Notes under the pieces: generated by a model | The model's database searches: none | Seen by the model: only the letters and a program-made list of their open reading frames with translations | Told to the model about the DNA's origin: nothing | Shown here: piece by piece, positions 60,108 through 64,000 of the stretch | Position numbering within the stretch: the first letter of the stretch is position 1 | Layout: every line of letters starts with the position of its first letter | Source of the DNA: Vitrella brassicaformis CCMP3155 | Lineage: Eukaryota; Protista; Chromerida | Assembly (NCBI GenBank): GCA_001179505.1 | Contig: CDMY01000117.1 | Span: 1-64,000, forward strand | Reading direction: 5' to 3' | DNA length: 64,000 nucleotides | Translations under genes and position numbers: made by a program

Positions 60108-60407
60108 NNNNNNNNNNNNNNNNNNNNNNNNNNNNNNNNNNNNNNNNNNNNNNNNNNNNNNNNNNNNNNNNNNNNNNNNNNNNNNNNNNNNNNNNNNNNN
60201 NNNNNNNNNNNNNNNNNNNNNNNNNNNNNNNNNNNNNNNNNNNNNNNNNNNNNNNNNNNNNNNNNNNNNNNNNNNNNNNNNNNNNNNNNNNNNNNNNNNN
60301 NNNNNNNNNNNNNNNNNNNNNNNNNNNNNNNNNNNNNNNNNNNNNNNNNNNNNNNNNNNNNNNNNNNNNNNNNNNNNNNNNNNNNNNNNNNNNNNNNNNN
60401 NNNNNNN
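60108..60407. other. Assembly gap of 300 N, preceded by a 26-nt G homopolymer (60082-60107)
   Basis: Read directly from the sequence. Confidence 0.98.
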
Positions 60408-60677
60408 GTGGTCTGTGGTGTCCCCCGGCAAACGGGCGTTTTTTCCTATGGGTGACTGACATTTGTCGTGGCCTGTGAGGACGATTGGGGTGGCGTTCAT
60501 GTAGTTAGTCATCCCATGGATGTATGTGTGAATGCATTCAATCAGTCAATCAAATCCATTGCTGTCTGTCATGCTATCAGAGCACTAGAAGCAAAACCAT
60601 CAAATCCCTCCCAAATCCGACTAATCGTTCCGCCCGCTAAATCAAAAGCCCTCACCACAAACCACAGTCATGACCTC

Positions 60678-63600
60678 TCAGCCGCGGTGGACTTCCTTCA
60701 GTCTTGAGCTGACGGTTGACCTCAGGAAGCCCTCGCTGCCCGTCACCTCGCGGACACGACGAGGACGCGCTGGAGCGACGGGCTGGGGCGCCTGGGGTCT
60801 GCCGCTGCGGACAGGCGCTCTCCTGTCCGCTCTCGCCTCACAGTGACGCGGTTCGCCCCTCACCCGCCCAGCTGCCAATGGGCTCCCCCCCACGGCAGCG
60901 GCGGGCGACAGCTGCATGGGCAACAGGGGCTGCTGGTGGGTCAAGGAGAGGCGCTGACTTGATTGGGGACTGTTGCTGCCGAATGCCACGGCGGGGCGGG
61001 GACCTGAAGGCTGAGTGTGGGTTGGTGGTCTGCCCTCTGAGGCCTCGGGCGGCTCCTCCACCTGCAGACAGACAGATGTGGACACACAGACATGGGGGGG
61101 AAACATTACATACCTCTGATACATACCCGTCCCGTTCTTCTCTACCTGTTGTGGTGGTGGTGCCTGTGTTTGCTGCCTCTGCCTCTGCCGTCGTTGGTCT
61201 CGCTTTCTGATGATGTCTTGGCGGTCGATGGTGTCGAGCTGTGTCTGGAGGATCTCGCGGCGGGGCTCGTCGGGCAGATCCGTCAGCGACTGGAAGTCCA
61301 CACCGGCGCACGACAGAAGAAACCTCTCCGATACCTCCGGCGATCGAGCAATGGCGCTGAGCAGGTCAGAATAGAAGGGCAGGGGCTCGTCCAGGTGGGC
61401 ATCCTCCTCACCCTCTCCCCCAGCCGGACTCTCCTCGGCAGCTTCCTGACTCTCGGCGGGGCGCTGTGACTGCTCGTCTCCCTGCTGTGGTGCTTCTTGT
61501 GGCGGCTGGTCGCGCTGCTCTGACGCCGGTGGCGGCGGCTGAGATGCAGGCGCTGCTGGTGCTGGTACTGGTGCTGGTCGTGGGTGCGGTGCCGTCACGT
61601 CGGGTGGCCCAAAGGTGGAGGCACCGCAGGAGCGTCCTGTTGGGCCTGGGCTTCGCCCGTTGACCTCCCTGTCTGGCCGTCAGCAGTGGGGTTGTGCTGT
61701 CGCACCCGGGCCAACGCCTGTTGGACAAAGTTGAGGTCCAGCCGCACGTGCGGGGAAGGGGCTGACTGCACCGAAGGGGCTGCCAACTGCACCAAAGGGG
61801 CTGCCGACTGCACCGCCGGGGCGGGCGGGGGAGGGGCTGCCGACTGCATCGACCGTGTGAGAGAACATACGAGGCCGTCGATGGACATGCTCATCTCAGG
61901 CTGCTCAGCACCAGCACCGGCACCACCAGCAGCAGCAGCTGCCGCTGCAGCGGGAGCTTGGGGTTGCTTCGATGCGGCAGCAGTGGGCTGCGGCTGAGCA
62001 CCAGGGTGCTCCTGTTGTTGCTGCTCTTGCGGGAGTTCCGGTGGCTCGCCGACCTCTGCCCGCTCGTTGTCGACTGTCGGCGGAATGCGACCCATCATCT
62101 GAAAGACTTGAAACCGCAGCTCCGCCTGTGCACACAGCAATCAGCCCGACACACACATACACACACAGAGCAGTGAATGAATTCCAACCCCACAAAGCAG
62201 CTCACCTTGATCCTCGGCAGGATGCCCCGCTGCATGGCCCGTATCACGTGCTCCTTCAACACCGCCACCTTCTCCCGACCAGCAGGCCCCCCGTAGTACC
62301 TCAGCGCCCTCTCGTGGCGCTCTTCGTCACCCATCACCCTGCTCTTCAGCCCGTGCTCCCGGGCGATGGTCGACGAGCGCCTGTCGCAGCCCTCGTCGCG
62401 CAGAAAACGCTCGATGCGCGCCTCCTCCTCAGCTGACCCGTCCGCGCCATCGTCATCGCCCTCCTGGCCGCCGCTGTCGTCATCCTCCCTGTCCATGCCT
62501 GAGGATGGCCCGGCGGCACCCTCAGGCTGCGTGAGGCTCAGAATCACGTCCATGTCCAAAGGCGGCAGACGAGTGTGACGCGGGTGGGGGAAATCTGATC
62601 CACACACACACACACACACACAATCGAGATGGCTGCGTGGCCATGCGTGTGGCTCGTTGCGTACCATTGACATCTCTGGCTCCCATAGATCCCACTACAG
62701 TGCTCTCCTCAATGCCCTGCCCGCCCCCAGCCGCAGCCGCTGGAGCGATCTCGCGCATGTTGCCCGCGATGGTGTCGTTAAACGACGCACTCAGCTCCAG
62801 CTCCAGGCTATCGCCCACATGATCCGCGCAAGCCAGCTCGCTCAGCCGTATGTCCCTCTTCGGCAGCGAGTTCGATGGCGGCACTGGTGAGAGAACGGGC
62901 CGGTTGTCGTCCGAGTGCTGCAGTGGGGAGGGCAGCTGCGAATTGGTCATGGCCGCTGGCTGGCCCAAAGGTGGAGGCACCGCAGGAGCGTCCTGTTGGG
63001 CCTGGGCTTCGCCCGTTGACCTCCCTGTCTGGCCGTCAGCAGTGGGGTTGTGCTGTCGCACCCGGGCCAACGCCTGTTGGACAAAGTTGAGGTCCAGCCG
63101 CACGTGCGGGGAAGGGGCTGACTGCACCGAAGGGGCTGCCAACTGCACCAAAGGGGCTGCCGACTGCACCGCCGGGGCGGGCGGGGGAGGGGCTGCCGAC
63201 TGCATCGACCGTGTGGGAGAACATACGAGGCCGTCGATGGACATGCTCATCTCAGGCTGCTCAGCACCAGCACCGGCACCACCAGCAGCAGCAGCTGCCG
63301 CTGCAGCGGGAGCTTGGGGTTGCTTCGATGCGGCAGCAGTGGGCTGCGGCTGAGCACCAGGGTGCTCCTGTTGTTGCTGCTCTTGCGGGAGTTCCGGTGG
63401 CTCGCCGACCTCTGCCCGCTCGTTGTCGACTGTCGGCGGAATGCGACTCATCATCTGAAAGACTTGAAACCGCAGCTCCGCCTGTGCACACAGCAATCAG
63501 CCCGACACACACATACACACACAGAGCAGTGAATGAATCCCAACCCCACAAAGCAGCTCACCTTGATCCTCGGCAGGATGCCCCGCTGCACCATCGCCCC

Positions 63601-64000
63601 TATCAGATTCTCCTTTAACAGGGCCACCTTCTCCCGACCAGCGACGGCCGCTTGAGGGTCAGGCTCCTCCATATCCCACATTTCCCAACACAACTCGGTA
63701 ACCAGGTACTGACACACATGTCAAATGGATTCATGCATTGGTGTCAGTCAGAGAGTGAGAGTGAAGTGACTGACTTACATTCCATATTTCGTTGGCAACG
63801 GCATCTTTCAGTGCGGTGGCCTCGATGTCGCGATACTCGTACCACACGTCCTTGTCTGACACACGGAAGGAGGATACACCAACAGAGAGACAGAGACAGC
63901 GGAGCCATGGTGTGTGTGTTGTGGATTGGATGGGTGCATGGTCGATATGACTGACTTACAGTCGCTGGTCTGATCCTCTCTGAACGGCCGCATCTCCAGG
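60678..64000 (-). CDS. Chimeric gene beginning beyond the window: DUF4378-like helix, two FOP N-terminal fragments without LisH, and an out-of-frame UBM plus Pro-rich tail (partly pseudogenised)
   Basis: Exons >64000..63960, 63855..63779 and 63708..63562 splice in phase to LEMRPFREDQTSDYKDVWYEYRDIEATALKDAVANEIWNYLVTELCWEMWDMEEP...EKVALLKENLIGAMVQRGILPRIK|AELRFQVF. The second unit stops at 61595. The UBM-containing ORF 60678..61598 is in another frame. Confidence 0.6.
61605..63642. repeat. Recent direct duplication of about 680 bp (61605..62283 and 62961..63642)
   Basis: The copies are near-identical from tggcccaaaggtggaggcacc to tctcccgaccagc, including the intron. Their translations (ORFs 61595..62140 and 62522..63496) differ at only a few residues. 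Confidence 0.95.

Noticed and set aside
60082-60407. Poly-G run, N block and the X-filled ORFs spanning them
   Set aside because: This is an assembly gap at a homopolymer. The ORFs are artefacts.
61590-61600. TGA at GHPT* as selenocysteine or readthrough
   Set aside because: The downstream UBM sequence is in a different frame and the break coincides with the duplication boundary. No SECIS was recognised.
1-64000. CRISPR arrays, rRNA, tRNA, reverse transcriptase or transposase genes, viral hallmark genes
   Set aside because: None was recognisable. The repeats are microsatellites or gene-fragment duplications in a eukaryotic context.

Overview
Eukaryotic genomic DNA: GC-rich and intron-dense, with short GT-AG introns full of (CA)n/(GT)n/(CAGA)n repeats. 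Two ApiAP2 transcription-factor genes plus this intron style point to a chromerid alveolate such as Vitrella; this is an inference. There is no prokaryotic, CRISPR, rRNA, tRNA or transposase signal. About 15 apparently intact genes are present, almost all in head-to-head pairs separated by about 130-340 bp: DAD1/ApiAP2, Chorein_N protein/giant coiled-coil protein, TAF4-like/RPS26, RING/WD40-ankyrin-TRP channel, lineage-specific gene/CTF8, ABHD17/small membrane protein and SLC37-type transporter/multi-AP2 protein. A nucleoside phosphorylase is also present. Three accessory patches (about 8.2-15.3, 26.4-28.9 and 60.7-64 kb) are mosaics of shared modules in different orders, often frameshifted. 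The modules are a protein-kinase fold, FOP/CEP43 N-terminal and LisH exons, a HUWE1-type UBM and a DUF4378-like helix, and they look like active intron-mediated exon shuffling. The strongest leads are the shuffling family, an in-exon DUF4378-FOP fusion, the WD40-TRP channel, a TAF4-like gene, a mini-VPS13, a multivalent LC8-motif cluster and 5'-CA/3'-GT polarised introns. All family calls come from motif recognition by eye and from memory; no searches were run.
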